Below are positions 1 to 13,507 of a stretch of 64,000 nucleotides of DNA, piece after piece. A program made the translations under genes and the position numbers. Position 1 is the first letter of the stretch; every line of letters begins with the position of its first letter. This DNA comes from Girardia tigrina (lineage: Eukaryota): assembly GCA_001938485.1 (NCBI GenBank), contig MQRK01213816.1, positions 1 through 64,000 on the forward strand. The letters run 5' to 3'. The notes beneath the pieces were generated by a model. It searched no databases. It worked only from the letters and a program-made list of their open reading frames with translations, and was not told the DNA's origin.

Positions 1-36
<36 letters not shown>
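1..36. repeat. (TA)n microsatellite
   Basis: Direct TA dinucleotide run at the window start. Confidence 0.95.
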
Positions 37-39
<3 letters not shown>

Positions 40-49
40 TGACCTAAAA

Positions 50-260
50 GGAGTCGGAGTTTAAGGATTTTGGGGAAGTCATAGTTGAAGTCAGAGTAGG
101 AGTCAAAGGTTGAGTCGAAGTCGGAGTCGTGAAACTCGTCTCCGACCAAAATAATAATAAATATTATAAATTTAACTTAAAAGGAGTTGGAGTCGAAAGC
201 TGAATCGAAGTTGGATTCGGAATCGGAGTCGAACAATTTTAGTCCGACTCCGCAGCCCTG
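50..260. mobile_element. hAT-type element terminus with GGAGTC subterminal repeats
   Basis: Many degenerate GGAGTC/GAAGTC hexamers, ending in TCCGACTCCGCAGCCCTG (reverse complement CAGGGCTGCGGAGTCGGA), a hAT-like TIR. Confidence 0.55.
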
Positions 261-1009
261 GTTATAATGGCTTTATTTGAAAATGTTTAACAGAGAAATT
301 TAGTGTAATTTTTTACAAATATTAATAAAATTTTTTAATAGACTTCAAATTTTAAATAAAATTATTATTTTTAAAAATATTGTTTTATCTGTTATCTGTT
401 TTGATCAACTCATTTTTCTACTAAAATAACATTTTAATTCAAATAAACTTATACAGAATATTTTATATTCAAATTTAAAATTTTCAAGTATTATTCTAAT
501 TAAGTTTTAAAATTTTCAATTTGATTTCAATTTCAAATAATTTTTTTGAAACTATTTAAATTTTGATCTGCGAATTAAAATTAACTTAATTAACTAAATT
601 AATTAACCTCCTCACAGACACTTGCGCATGCAGAGGATGAGGGGGATTAATCCTTCTCCGAAAAAATTGAATTACGATCTTTATTAGCCCTAAGTTTTTT
701 AATAGCATATTAATAAGAATAATTTAAAACTCTTATGTTTAAAATGTGAACTCTCTATATTCTTAAGAAAATATTTTTTAAAAATTTAAGAAAATATCTC
801 CTGAAAAATTTAAATTATGTTCTTAATTACTTCTAAGTTTTTTAACTAACTATTATTAAAGAATAAGTTAAAATATTTAAGTTACAATTTGTGAATTATT
901 CAAAACAACTAATATTTTGAAAATTTAAGAAAATCCCCCCGAAAAATTTTAATTATAATATTAATTACATATAAGTTTTTCAGAGCATAGAAATTTTCCT
1001 TCCTCAAAA

Positions 1010-2333
1010 CATAAGACATGCTGCAGATAACGAAATCCTCCTATCTATATAAGTCAGTAATGAAAAATCGGAAATTTAACTTTATGGAACTTTATCACCT
1101 TCATGAAGTGCTGCGATTCAAGGATGTGAGAGAAATTAATGTAGCATTGGTAGTACATTAGTTGAAATACTGCTTCACAATATGAACACTGGAAGTAGCT
1201 TTTACTATTATAAAATGAAGTCGGTGATTGAAACAGTTAACGTATGGTATTTTCCTTTGAATTTGGCCTGTATCTTTGCTTGGACGGCTCTAGATGATAT
1301 ACTCATTACACTAACGCCATCGTAGCATTGACTCAACAGATAATTTGTATTCAGTTTATTATCTTTTAACGTTGTTAGTGTTAAAGCAGTTTGGGACACT
1401 GCGTCCAAATTTACAGTATTTTTTATCAAAAGTAAAGATTTAAATGCTCCTCTTTCCTTTATATATCAAATTTCAATTGCTATACTCTCTCAATTGCATG
1501 TGTCCTTTGTCCAGTTTTCTAACAAGGTGTACCATGGAACATCAGCTGTGAATATGTCATTCACAATATATTCTTTCACTAACTTATCTATCAATCAGAT
1601 AATATCATTTTGTATTTCCGGTGACAAGTAGCTGACATTCTTTGGAGTGTGTTAATAGACCTCTGCCAAACTGATATCATTTTGATGTGTAAATTCAAAC
1701 AGAGTTATAAACAGATAATGTTCTTCAATTTTAATCAATATAGTGGCGTCTTCGTAATGCCAGTTCATTTGTAGCAAGAAATTGAATGATATCACGAATG
1801 GATTGTATATAGTATCTGTTATCCCCTACTCCTTTGTCATTCAATAGAGTTTTCACTGAAAGTCTTCTTTCTTTGCGCTGTTCTTTTTCATGCCATAACA
1901 TCATAGGTCGTTGAAAAACTTCACTGAAATTATGCTTTGGAAATCTTCTCTCCTTCTCCAGGGTTTTCTTCCAATTCACAAAACCTTGGGAAATAAAAGC
2001 TTTTTCCTTACTTGCTTACTTACTTACTTACTTTAAAACACGACAGGGATAACAAAGTGCATCATCTCAATCTTGTGAGTTCTCCAGCCATGGAAATCTA
2101 TTCAACAAGTCGTGGTGAAAACTCCAATCGCCTTTGTCAAATGGATTTGCAGAAAAGAGGTGTGGTATTGAAGAATTATACAAAATAGGTATTAGATTAG
2201 AGCTGATTGGTACTGATGACGAAGACGTTGATGCCGTGGATACAATCCAAAACACTAGAGTAGGTGGAATGGGTAATTGAGATGTGGCTGTTGATGAATT
2301 CGCTTTATTTAAACGGATAACAAATTTATCCAT
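1010..2333 (-). mobile_element. Degraded hAT transposase (ZMYM1-like, TTF-type Zn finger + DUF4371)
   Basis: Fragments across frames: FPWLE..QD, DALCYPCR, GFVNWKK, NRYYIQSIRDIIQFLATNELALR, YLSPEIQND, SQCYDGVSVMS. Many stops and frameshifts. Confidence 0.8.
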
Positions 2334-2689
2334 TATTATTGTAAATTATCATTTAAAAAAGTATTAAATATGTAAATGAAACCCCATTCACCATATAAAG
2401 CTGTACACATATACATACACAATTTTATCAATAATTCATACCCCAAATGTAGATTTGAGTGCATGATGACGTGGGCTGCATATGTGCATGTATGTACTGC
2501 ATTATTAAGAGATAGTGTGATTGTGTGTTGACGTGTGCAAATTCATGATGTACCTGGTTATTCATGAATTGAACAGATAAAAATTTTTTTTCATTGGTTT
2601 CTTTAAAAATGTTAAGTGAATTTTTTCAAAATAAGAAATATGTTAGGGGGGCTGGCATTTTTTCCATGAACCTTAGCCCACGAATTTTC

Positions 2690-3230
2690 GAAGAACAGGC
2701 TCCAGTAGGTATGAAAATTAAAATATTTTTTCTAACTAATAAAATTTCTAATTATTTTTCATATAAATCTAAAACACAATTGGGTATGAATGTAAATTTC
2801 ATTTACCAATATAAATATCACAAGTGTGAATCTTTGTACATTGGAGAGACAAATCGTCATCTCCGTGCTAAAATTGCAGAAAATACTCATTCAAGTAGAA
2901 AACGCTCAAATTTGAACCATATTGTGAAATGCCATGGAACTCATAGGAGGGTATTTGATAATTATTTTCGGATTTTAATGAGTAACTTTGATCAAAATTA
3001 TGAAACGACAATTACTGAAACACTATTAATAAAGTTTTGTAAACCTAATTTAATTATAAAAAGTGATTCGTCCAATCATATTAGAATATTTTAATGTTAC
3101 ACATTATGATGAAATGTCAATCTTACTATATAAACAATAATTGTTTTACTTAAATACTTAATACTGAAGATGCCTCAAAAGTGGCGAAACATGTTTTCTA
3201 ATAAAAATTTTAAATTTAAATGGTGTCATT
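2690..3230 (+). mobile_element. Penelope-like element 3' fragment: GIY-YIG endonuclease + pseudo-LTR
   Basis: ORF 2594-3094 has FIYQY..C..LYIGETNRHLR and E.LLIK..KPNL. It is followed by TATATAAAC and a hammerhead-like motif. Confidence 0.8.
3160..3196 (+). ncRNA. Minimal type-I hammerhead ribozyme motif (Penelope pLTR), degenerate
   Basis: CTGAAGA-T-GCC[tcaaaagt]GGC-GAAA-CATG-TT: core boxes, stem II and palindromic stem III are present; stem I is poor. Confidence 0.6.
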
Positions 3231-3439
3231 TTAGTCTAATTGCAAAATAACCACTGGATTTAATCATTATGTAAAAAAATATATTACTATTCATATGACT
3301 CATTCTAGGAAACGTAAAGTATTAATTTATACTCTAATCTACATAATATTCTATGAAATATAATACGTTAGAACGAACTTTTTGTCAGTAAGTTAACATT
3401 TTATGAAAAGTAAAACTTTCACTATAACAATGGGTCATT

Positions 3440-4345
3440 TTCATAAATGTATTCGTCGTTGCTTTTTTATTCTTCTCTCACGAGGTCAGAACAAGAAAAT
3501 TCAGCGGCGGAAAATCTTGACGTTATTAGGTCGAAAAACTTTTGAAGGGCCTGTTCCATGTGTTCATATTCAATGAGGAAAAGTTCCAATGACCGGAGAA
3601 AATAAAAATCGAATAGGGCAACATCTGGGATATATGATAAGTGCTTAAGAAAATCCCAACTCTTTTCTTCAAGTTTCATGAGCATCAGACGTGAAACAAG
3701 ATGTCTCGCGTTGTCTTGTTGAAAACAAACACAAACCCTTGTGATAACACAATTACGCATAGCAGCCTGGTCAAATCTGGTGCAGTAAGATTCAAAAGTG
3801 ATGGTTGGACTGCGAGGAAGAACTTCGCAGTGAACAAGTGCCGATGTTATCCACAAAAAGCATAACATCACATTTTTTGGACGAAGATCACATTAGGCGT
3901 CCGTTTTCAAAGTTGATTTGAAATCATTCATTGTTTTTTTCTGGTTATTTTTGACAACCCACTTCTAACTGAATTTCAAAATCATTTGAAATTCCACACG
4001 GCTAAATTTGTACAATAGCCAGAAACAGTCGTTGATTTGACGATGTTTATACATTTTGTAATATTCGTGGAGAAATTTTGACTCCGTTGATTTTTTATTC
4101 ATTTTCTGAATGTTCCGAATAATGAAGTTTGGAGTTCAGCTGCCATTTCGAGCGTTGTTTGGGTTGGATCAGCTTCAATGGAACAGTGTAGCGTTTGTTT
4201 ACAAATGGTTGTTGAGCGTCCGGAGCGCTTTTTGTTTTTACGATGCATATTGCAGGAAAGTATTTTTGCATACAATTGGATACATGTTCTTAAAATTGTA
4301 AAATAGTAAAAAGCGGAATGTTTTCACTCTTTTATTTGACATTTC
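3440..4345 (-). mobile_element. Degraded mariner transposase
   Basis: MLCFLW...VHCEVL, FQQDNARH, HLSYIPDVALFDFYFLRSL (cf. HPPYSPDLAPSDYHLFRSL). Confidence 0.8.
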
Positions 4346-4880
4346 AACTTGTTTCTAAAATCAATAACTTTTTATATAAAAGATATTAGAATTCGAATAA
4401 TATATCAAAATGCTCTAAAATATACAGTATATAAAATCGATAATATTAAAATAGACAAAATTAAATTAAAAAATTTATTTACTTTTTTTAAAAAGCTGGT
4501 AAAACTTTTTTTTCAACTTAATAATAATTAATTTACTTTAATTTATTATCTTACTTTTTAATTAAATTTGAAAAAATAATTATAATTATCAGCCTGATGC
4601 AATAAATTAATTATTGTATTTATTACTAATTTAATGAAAAAAACGGCGATGAAGACAATTAATCATGGAGCAGATTGCATTTCTTTGTATTAAGACCAGT
4701 AATAACTGGCTACACAAAATAATTACATTTTTCATCGGTTTAATATATCTATTAAAAATTTCTAAGAAATTTTAACTTTCAAATAGAAGTAATATAACGT
4801 ATATTAAACTATTCATTTAATTAATTCTAGGAAAGACGACACGAAATTTCTGGTATTAATAAAGATTGATAAACTTATTT

Positions 4881-5121
4881 GAGCGTAGTTATGCAGAAAA
4901 CAGTCAGTCCACAAAATATACAAAATGAGATAGAGCCACTTTATATCTTACCTGACTATAGAAATGTGTTAAATCATCTTTTTTGTATAGCATTTTACAA
5001 GCTCCTTTTATAACAAGTGAACTGGCTGTTTGTTCTAGAACATTATTAGACAACTCTCAATTCATTGCATATAAAAACTAAAAATACCTTTTTGTGGACT
5101 GCTTTCTGCATAACGATGCTC
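4881..5121. mobile_element. MITE, probably Sola superfamily
   Basis: Imperfect ~30-bp TIRs GAGC(G/A)T(A/C)GTTATGCAGAAA..CAGTCCACAAAA, GAG...CTC termini, and a 4-bp ATTT duplication (4877-4880 / 5122-5125). Confidence 0.7.
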
Positions 5122-5190
5122 ATTTAATTATATAAATGAACCTTTTGACTATATAAACAACAAACAATTGATAATGTATTAAGTAAAAAC

Positions 5191-6310
5191 TAGGGCTGGG
5201 CATGGTACACCATAACGAGAAGTTTGTTATTTTTTTTAATAAAAAACGTCCATCTTGCTTTGTATATTCTATGTATTTATCTGAAACAAAAGGGTTTGAT
5301 TATGTTAAAAATTTACTAGAAAGTGTCAGAAGTTGGTTGGAAATTTTAAACACAGTACTTTGCTACATCAGCTTTAAACATTTGGCAAAAAACTTGAAGT
5401 TCCGCAACATAGGTTGATTCAAAACTCCATAACTAGATGGAACGCTTTGGCTGATATGTCTGAGAGTTCATTGAAAACGTAGACTTTCCCTTTCTACAGT
5501 TCTACAGTTAAATACAAAAAAGACTAGAACATATTGTCCGTTAAACTTTCTCAAAATGATTGGAAACTAATTCAAAAAATAATATCAATTCTAAAACCAT
5601 GGAAATTAATAACAGAAGCAATGTGTGGCAAAATATATTTCTGCATCTTTAATATCCCCTTGTGTTCATCAGCTTTTGAATGAAACAACTCAACAAAAAT
5701 TCGGAAGGAATAGCAAAAATATTTGTCTATCCATGACTATTGACTTGAAAATGCGTAATCCAATAAATCAAACTCTGGACACCCCAAAAGCCATTTCAAC
5801 TCTTTTGGATCCATGATTCAAAATTTTCTCATTCCTTGAAGAGGAATAAAAAACCACATAATTATTAATTTTCAAAACATTCGACTTCAACAACAGAATT
5901 TTGAATTAATACATAAAATTAATGTAAATGATAATCTAGAAGAATACTAGTTCTCAACTAAGTTTACGAAACTCACACCCATGAACAAGTTGGTATTAAA
6001 ACTTGCTGGAAAAACAAATATCAAACATAATTCATAAAGTGTAACTTGTGAATTTTTAAATCAACTGAAATATTACCTTATGCAGCCACTGAATCAAAAT
6101 GTGCCAGATGGCACGAAAATGCTAATTGTTTCTAGATCTAGATTGTTTCTAGATTGCATCTTTGGCCAGAAAATATTTATCTATACCAACTACCAGTGTT
6201 ACTTCTGAACGTGTATTTTTAGTTACAGGAAATATCGTAACAGCGCGACGGAATTGTTTAATACCTAAGATTGTCGAACTGCTCACCTTAACCTTTAATT
6301 TGAAATAAAA
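5191..6310 (+). mobile_element. Degraded hAT (ZBED1/Ac-type) element
   Basis: TAGGGCTGGGC terminus, LIQNSITRWN, TLLDP, and C-terminal dimerisation motif ARKYLSIPTTSVTSERVF..TGNIVTARRNCL. Confidence 0.8.
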
Positions 6311-6699
6311 ATGTATTTGTCACCTTATGTTTAATTATATTATTATTATTGTATTTGTATAATAATACTATAATTAGTAACTTAAAATTTAATGGGTAGT
6401 GTTTCAGAAAAATAAAAAAAATATTTAATATTTTGATAAAAATAACAGTTTTTTTGTTAAAATAATTTAAAGTTTCTATGTTTCAGAAAATTCGTGCACC
6501 CAATATCCCAATCGTTTGTCATGAATATACCCCTATATTTATGAATCAATTTCTCTATTATCTTGTCGTTTTATGTATTAATTATTTTTTGTGCTTCTTT
6601 ACCTCTATCCTCGTCCATGTTTCCTATCCCAAATTTTGCTTCGATTTCGCATATGTTCGTTTCCCCCGTTTCCTTATGTGTTTGACTTTTCCATTGCAA

Positions 6700-7375
6700 C
6701 TCTAAAGTACTGAGCAAATGTAGTGTGTCTATTTTGGTACTTGGAAATTATGACACTTGGATCAAATAAATTCCATTCCTTTAGTCTAGATGAAAGCAGT
6801 TCAGCGCCTTCTTTAAGAAGGTTTAAGTCTCTGACAAGATCATCAAGTGCTTGCTGATTTGGATAGTGTGGCTCTTTAGACTATTAAGCTTCTTGTTCTT
6901 CTTCATACTCATCGTCCTTAACCGATAGTTCCCTGTAGGCTTCATTTTGTTCTGGTGATTCTGGAACAGATAAATGTTCATCATGTGACACTGGTGCAAT
7001 AGAAGAAGGTATATCAGGATAGACTAGTTTCTTCTTATCCTGTGATTTCTTATAAGCAGTGATATCCACCATACAGAAGTAGTAGTCGTTGATGTGATTT
7101 TTTGGCTCCCTCCAAATTCTAGGCACTGCAAACGGCATTCGTTCCCTGCTGCCTCTCAGTCACCCTTCCAATGTTGAATTGCAGCATCCACATATAACAT
7201 GAGCAGCCCAGGATTTATCTTGATCTCCTATGGGCATTCTAAAATATTTCTCATGTGCTTCGTAGTACTTCGTGTCCCTAGATATCTTATATTTGATTTG
7301 AGAGGGGCCAAAATAATATCCACAAATATAGCAAAAACAGTCAGATGATAATTAACAGTGTCTAGAAGATATTTT
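6700..7375 (-). mobile_element. N-terminal fragment of a Chapaev-3-like (CMC) transposase
   Basis: DCFCYICG, GDQDKSWAAH, MPFAVPRIWREPKNH..DYYFC, YPDIPSSIAPVSH, DDLVRDLNL.K..AELLSSRLKEWNL. Superfamily assignment is from memory of the motifs. Confidence 0.6.
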
Positions 7376-7789
7376 TATCTACAAACAAATAACAAAAACC
7401 TATTAATAGAAAAATCGTTAAAGATATAACAAAATAATGGTTAGCGGAGCCATTAAAAGGAATTTTTCAAAAAATGGCTTTTTCATCCGATGAGAGCTTA
7501 ATTTCAATTTGCAACTCGCCAGAATAATTTATTATTTTTTTAATTTAAAAGGTAAAATATTTTAATGTTTATATGCTTATTAAATATTTTAAAATTAAAA
7601 ATAGTTAAAATAAAACAACTATCAAGAAACAAATACGTATTTAAAAATAAATTATGTTTTTAATGTGTTTTTTAAATATTTTACAAATTAAAAATCATAT
7701 AATAAAAGAAAATCATAAAAAAATTAAATATCTATTTAAAAATAATAAATTTTGGTGTTAAAAAATGAATTCTGATATTGATGTTGCAA

Positions 7790-8351
7790 CCACTTCTCAC
7801 ACATCCAAACCGCTGTAGCCACATAAAAATAATTGTTACCATTAGAATCAGCACACTGAAATTGTTTAAAAAACACTAAAAAATGAAATGAAACATTTTC
7901 TGTTGCCCTGTGCAATCTGGATATCGTCTACTTTCTCCTTGATTTCTCCTTTGGTCTCAGACTGATCTCCAATTTCTCAAATTTCTTATTTGTTCAACTG
8001 AGTATCGTCTGTTCTCTCTGTGTTTCTTTCAGATATTCTGTTTTTATTTGAAATCTTTTGTTTATATTTATGTAACATTCTTCTGTTCCAGGACATGAAT
8101 TATTGCATCTTCCACATCTTATGTTCTTGCATTCGCGTCGGACAAGACCTTGTTCTCCGCACGCATAACATGTCATATTTTCTCTCGCTTACATTCATTA
8201 CTTTTGTTTCCCCTTTCCTGACAGTTTCAACATGTGATGTTGTTCTGTACCGAAGGTCGTCCTTCAAACGTTTCTCTTCTGGTTGTGTTTCTTGACACCC
8301 ATACTTTTTTAACCATATCTCTATAAGTTGGTCGTATTGCATGTATTGCAA
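7790..8351 (-). mobile_element. Gypsy gag fragment with tandem CCHC zinc knuckles
   Basis: CYACGEQGLVRREC and CGRCNNSCPGTEEC, both degenerate CX2CX4HX4C. Confidence 0.65.
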
Positions 8352-8365
8352 GGATTTTTAAATAA

Positions 8366-9780
8366 TTGATTTATTTCAAGAAACAGTTTATTCTAGATAC
8401 AGACGCTAGTTTTGACAGCATAGGGGTGGTACTATTGCAAATAGGTGAATCAGGCAAGGAGCAAGTAATAGCATATGGATCACATTCAATGTCAGCATAC
8501 AAAAAAAGATATTGCATAAAAAGAAAAGAACTTTTGGTAATTTTTTACTTCTGCCAACATTTCAATCATTACTTTTACGTGAAAAAATTTAAACTGAGAG
8601 CGGACGATAATGCTATAACGTTCATGTTTCATACAAAGAAACCATTAACGTCTCAATTCCAAACGTGGATGAATTACTTGAGCAGTTTAGATATAAAAAT
8701 AGAATACAGTAAAGGAGAACTATACAACAACGCGGATATACTATCCAGACGAAATTGCGACACGTGCACCCAGTGTTAAATGGAACATGAAGAAGCTAAA
8801 AGGGTAAGAATAAGACTAGATTGTTAGTATTGACTACAATAAGCCAAGTGAGAGCAGGTCAAAAAGAATGGGTACCAAAAGAAAAACGGAATGATTTAAT
8901 CATACAGACAAATAGATTATTATGTCATGCAGGAGTAGAAAAAAGTATATGAATATCTAAGGAACAAGTTTTATATGGAGGAAGAAAAGAAAACAGTTAA
9001 GGAGGTAGTCGGAACATGTATAGAGCGCCAACAAACAAAGACAATGACCACGAAGACAAAGGAAGAAAACGTTAAAATAACAGCGTCAGAAATATTTGAA
9101 AAGGTTTATATAGATATATGTGAACTGTGGCATGAGACAGTAAGAAGAGAAAGATACACTCTCGGAATGAGAGGTCACTTTTGCAAGTATATCAGCTTGA
9201 TGGCAATCAAGAGACAGGACGAAGAAACAATTGTACAAACAATATTAGAAAAATGGATATTAAAATTTGATGCACCAAAGGAGATACATGTTGATTGTAG
9301 TAAGAGTTTCGAGGCGAAAAAAGTTAGAGAAATGTTGGAAAATAAAGGCGTTAAAATAATTTTCTCCAGTCCATACCACCACAATACAAATTGAATAATC
9401 GAAAGACAATTTAGGACCATTCGAGAATTCATTCAAGCTAGTTTAAAAGAAAGGAATGCCATGAGTTTGGCAGATATATTACCAGAAGTGGAATTCGTAT
9501 AAAACGCATCAAAACAAAAAACAATAGGGTGCAGTCCAGCGGAATTTGTGTTTGGTAAGAAAATAGACAGACAGCAGTGGTACAGTGAAAGCAAAATAGA
9601 CTGAGATGATACAAGACAAAGAATAAAAGAAAAGAACATCCCGGAAGGAAATGAGACCATAAGAGTATACAACGTTGGAGATATGGTCTGGATATAGAAG
9701 GAAATAAAAACAAAAGGCGAAGACAGATTTGAGGGACCATATGAAATCATAGAAAAGATTCATGATATGAGATATAGGCT
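8366..9780 (+). mobile_element. Gypsy pol fragment (RNase H - integrase - GPY/F tail), pseudogenised
   Basis: FILDTDASFDSIG, KELL, NADILSR, H2C2 region, FEKVYIDI, PKEIHVD, SSPYHHNTN..IERQFRTI, FEGPYEI. Confidence 0.9.
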
Positions 9781-11990
9781 TATTAAGAACACCAATTTGA
9801 CTTTTTATATTTTTATTTAAACAACAATTTTGATTGTCCTTAAGACAATCTTTGTCAAAACTTTCGTACATTTGCATTCTAAACGAAATTGATTAATGAC
9901 TTAATTCTCATTATTTTTTTAGCAAATGGGGAAATAAATATTTTAATAAAATATTTACTCAAAACTTATTGGATAATAATTAAAATGATTATTAATTATT
10001 TTAAAAATATTAATTTGATGTATTTATTAAATATTATAAAAATTAATTAACTTATTTAAAATGTTAAAATTATTTGAAATTAAAAATAAATTTAAACATG
10101 ACATATTTTTAGATAATAAGAATTCAAATATCAATCAGCCATCTGGGTAAGAGAGACACATTTCTAAATCAACATACACATTCAAACACAAAACATCAAA
10201 CATTCAAATATTCCTCACATACCCCTCGATTTAAATGGCTTTAACCATTCAACATTTCTAATAAAACTTCTTCCATCTTCAAGCTGTAACTTGTAACTTC
10301 TTTCATGATTTCTTTTCACCACTGTTGCGAGACCCATGTAACGGTCATCTTCTTTTGAGACATTTTCCTTCTTAATTAATACTTTGTCTCCGACTTCAAA
10401 AATTTTTCTTGTCTCTGTTTTTTGTTCAACTGCTTCAAATTTTTGTTATCTTCGTAATTGTTTTTCCACCAATGTCTCAGTTTTATTCCAAATACTACCT
10501 GTCGTAGCTTGTACAGTACTATTTAACATAAACTCGCTTTCTAATAAGACTTCTGTCCAATCTTTATGATCTCCATCTTTCATTCTAATATTCAAAGCAT
10601 CTCTGATCGTGCAAAACTGTCTTTCCACGATTCCATTTGTGTTATGATGATATGGACTCCAATAAAATACCTCAACTTAAAATTTTGTCGCCGTGTACTT
10701 GAACAAAGCCGATTCAAATGTTTTTCCTCTCTCTACGTGGATTTCTTTTGGTGGTCCGAATTTTCATATCCATCTGTCCAATAACAATTTTCTAACTGTT
10801 TTTTTCATCTTGACTAGTTGCTGCATTCAGGCTAATATATCTACTAAACTGGTCAATTATTGAAAATATATTGACATCCATTTATATTTCTTTTGAATGG
10901 TCCACAAAAATCAATGTATATTTTCTGGAAAGGTTCATCCGCTAATTGCTTTATATGCTTTTCTTTCATTTTGATTGATAGTGTCTTCCTTTTCTGACTA
11001 TTTATGCAACTTTGAACTATTTCTTTTATAAATTCTCTCATATTTTCCATGTCAAAATCATCTCGGAGGTAGTTATAGACATTTTTACAACTTGCATGAC
11101 ACAAAAATTTGTGCATTTCTTCAATAAAATTTGCTCGTTCTGCTTTCGGGATCCAGTATTTATTATTTTGATTTATGACGATATCATTCTTTAATGCCCA
11201 TTTTCTTGTTCTACCTTTACTTATGTCCTCGATTATTTGTTTTATTTCATTATTATTCTTCTGCCTTTTAAAACCATCTGATTCATCACTTAATTCCAGT
11301 ATTCTTGTTTTAGTCTTTCCTTTCTTGGCCTCTTCATGCATTGTTTGACACGAATTGCATAGTTCGCACGAATTTCTTGACATTGCATCAGCGTTTGAAT
11401 GTTTTTCACCTTTTCGATATTCTATTTTCATGTCAAGACTACTCAGAAAATGTATCCATGTTTGGAACTGTGGTGTGATAGGGTTCTTTGTAGTCATCAC
11501 AAACGTAATAGCTTTATGATTTGTTCGCAACAAAAATCTTTTTCCATACAAGAAATGTTTAAAATGCTGTGTGAAATAATAAATTGCAAGTAGCTATTTC
11601 CTTGTAATGCCATAGCCTAGTTCATGTTTTTTCATTTTATGTGATCCATACGCAATCACCCTTTCTCTTCTACATTCGTCTTTCTGTGATAACACCGCCC
11701 CTATCGTATCAAAACTTGTATCTGTGTCAAGAATGAAGTCTTTGGCAAAATCAGGATATGCCAAAATTGGAGTTTTAATCATTCTGTCTTTTAGTTTTTG
11801 AAAAGCTTCATCACATTCATTAGTCCAAATCAGTTTCTTATCCTTATTTTTACCTCATAAACCTTCCAATACTTTTGCAAATCTTGCGTAATCCTTTATA
11901 AATTTCTGTAGTAATTTGTCAAGTCCAAAAAGCTTCGTAAATGTTTAATGCATGATGGGCTTTGAAACTTGCTTATCGCGTCAATTTCTG
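9781..11990 (-). mobile_element. Gypsy pol fragment (RT tail - RNase H - integrase) + PPT + partial 3' LTR
   Basis: PILAYPDFAKDFILDTDTS, NADAMSR, FQKIYIDFCGP, ERQFCTIRD. Minus-strand PPT-like GAGGGGTA is followed by TGTGAGGAATA at 10219. The distal LTR end is uncertain. Confidence 0.9.
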
Positions 11991-13011
11991 ATCATGAAGT
12001 TTTCGACATGGTTATATTATAATGTCTTATAAAAGGTTATAATATTATGGTAGTTATATTATTAAATAGTATAACCAAAATTTTTTTAACTTAATTATGG
12101 TTATATTATTTGGTGTTTTATACTATTTGGCGATATCCGTTAGATAAGTATAAATACTTTCCATTCACAATCTATCAAGAAATGTCAGAATCAAATCATA
12201 GATCTACAAGGTAAGATTGTTAGGTTACGTTCCTTAACCAGAAAAGAAGGATTGAAGTAATGATTCAATTAAATCTTTCTATGAAAACATTGTGTTTAAT
12301 GTGTTATTTTTTTATCTTGCAAGAGAGGACACTTTGATGTGTCGATTAACCGCAAATGGCATATGGTCCGAAAAGCTCACGTTTCGAAACAGAAACCTAA
12401 AACGTATTTCATTATGTATTATTTGACTGAGTTATTAAAGAATCATTTAAATATTTTCTTTTAAAACTACTATTCCTCTACGATAATTTCTAAATTTCAC
12501 TTTCTAAAAGAAATATTCTATTTATATAATAAACAATGAATGAATTCCCTAAATTATAAATTAAAATTTGTAATTAATATATCGTCAAAAAGAATCTAAA
12601 AATTCCTGTAGAAAGATTGTATTTTCAGATAACTCTACATGAATTAATAATTAAATTTATTGTGATTTTTCATTTATTTAGATTTTTTGATAAAAATAAT
12701 GTAAATAAATCTATTAACAATAAAATTCTAATAAATAATTAAAAATATAATTAAATAAGATTTTTTTAATTATTCTATTTTTTGACGTATATAATTGTAT
12801 TTTTTCGATCTTAATTAAACGAGAAAATTTTTCTAAAATTATCTATACAATTTCGAGCAATTTATCTTTTGTCCCAAAATAATTTTTGAAATTATATTTT
12901 GTTATATTTTTTACAAAAAAATACTATTTTTAATTGCAAGAAATTAATTAGAATTTTTTTATCATAAAAAATATTTTTTTACAAAATTTATATATGAAAT
13001 TTATTTATTAG

Positions 13012-13396
13012 TGTGAGGAATATTTTGGATTGTGAGTTGATATTGTGCATGTAGAATGTTGATTCGGATTGTGCCTCTCCTACACAGATGGATGATTTGT
13101 ATTTTCTTTGATTCCTACTAATTAAAAATAATTTAATTTAATTTTAAAGTAAAAAGATTTAAAATAATTTTTGAATGTATTATTTATTTTTTAATGTAAT
13201 TTAAAATTTTAATATATTAATTTATTATGCTGTTTTTTTTTAATTTTAAGATTTAATTTTAACCAATTAGATTCTTTATAATTAATAAATTTTATTAACA
13301 GATTTTCATTTATTGAAAATAATTAGTATGAACTCAGAAATATATCGATCAAGAAAAATTTCAAATAGAGAATGCGCTTGTGATATTAATAAATGT
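13012..13396 (+). mobile_element. Gypsy LTR (TGTGAGGAATA family), 5' part; interrupted by the element at 13397 and probably resuming at 16804-~17078
   Basis: Same TGTGAGGAATA start and ...CAGATGG motif as the LTR at 10219 (minus strand). Confidence 0.55.
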
Positions 13397-13507
13397 TGTA
13401 AAACTCATTTTGAATTTTAAATAAATTTTCTACTTTTCTCAATTTTCAATAGTTCTATGAAATTAAACTCCGGAAATATCCGTTGAGTATTTTTTGAACT
13501 CTATAAA

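Noticed and set aside
12182-12405. Two-exon mini gene (ATG...AG|GTAAG)
   Set aside because: Too short, with an ambiguous acceptor. Upstream GGTTATATTAT repeats suggest a DNA-transposon 5' remnant.
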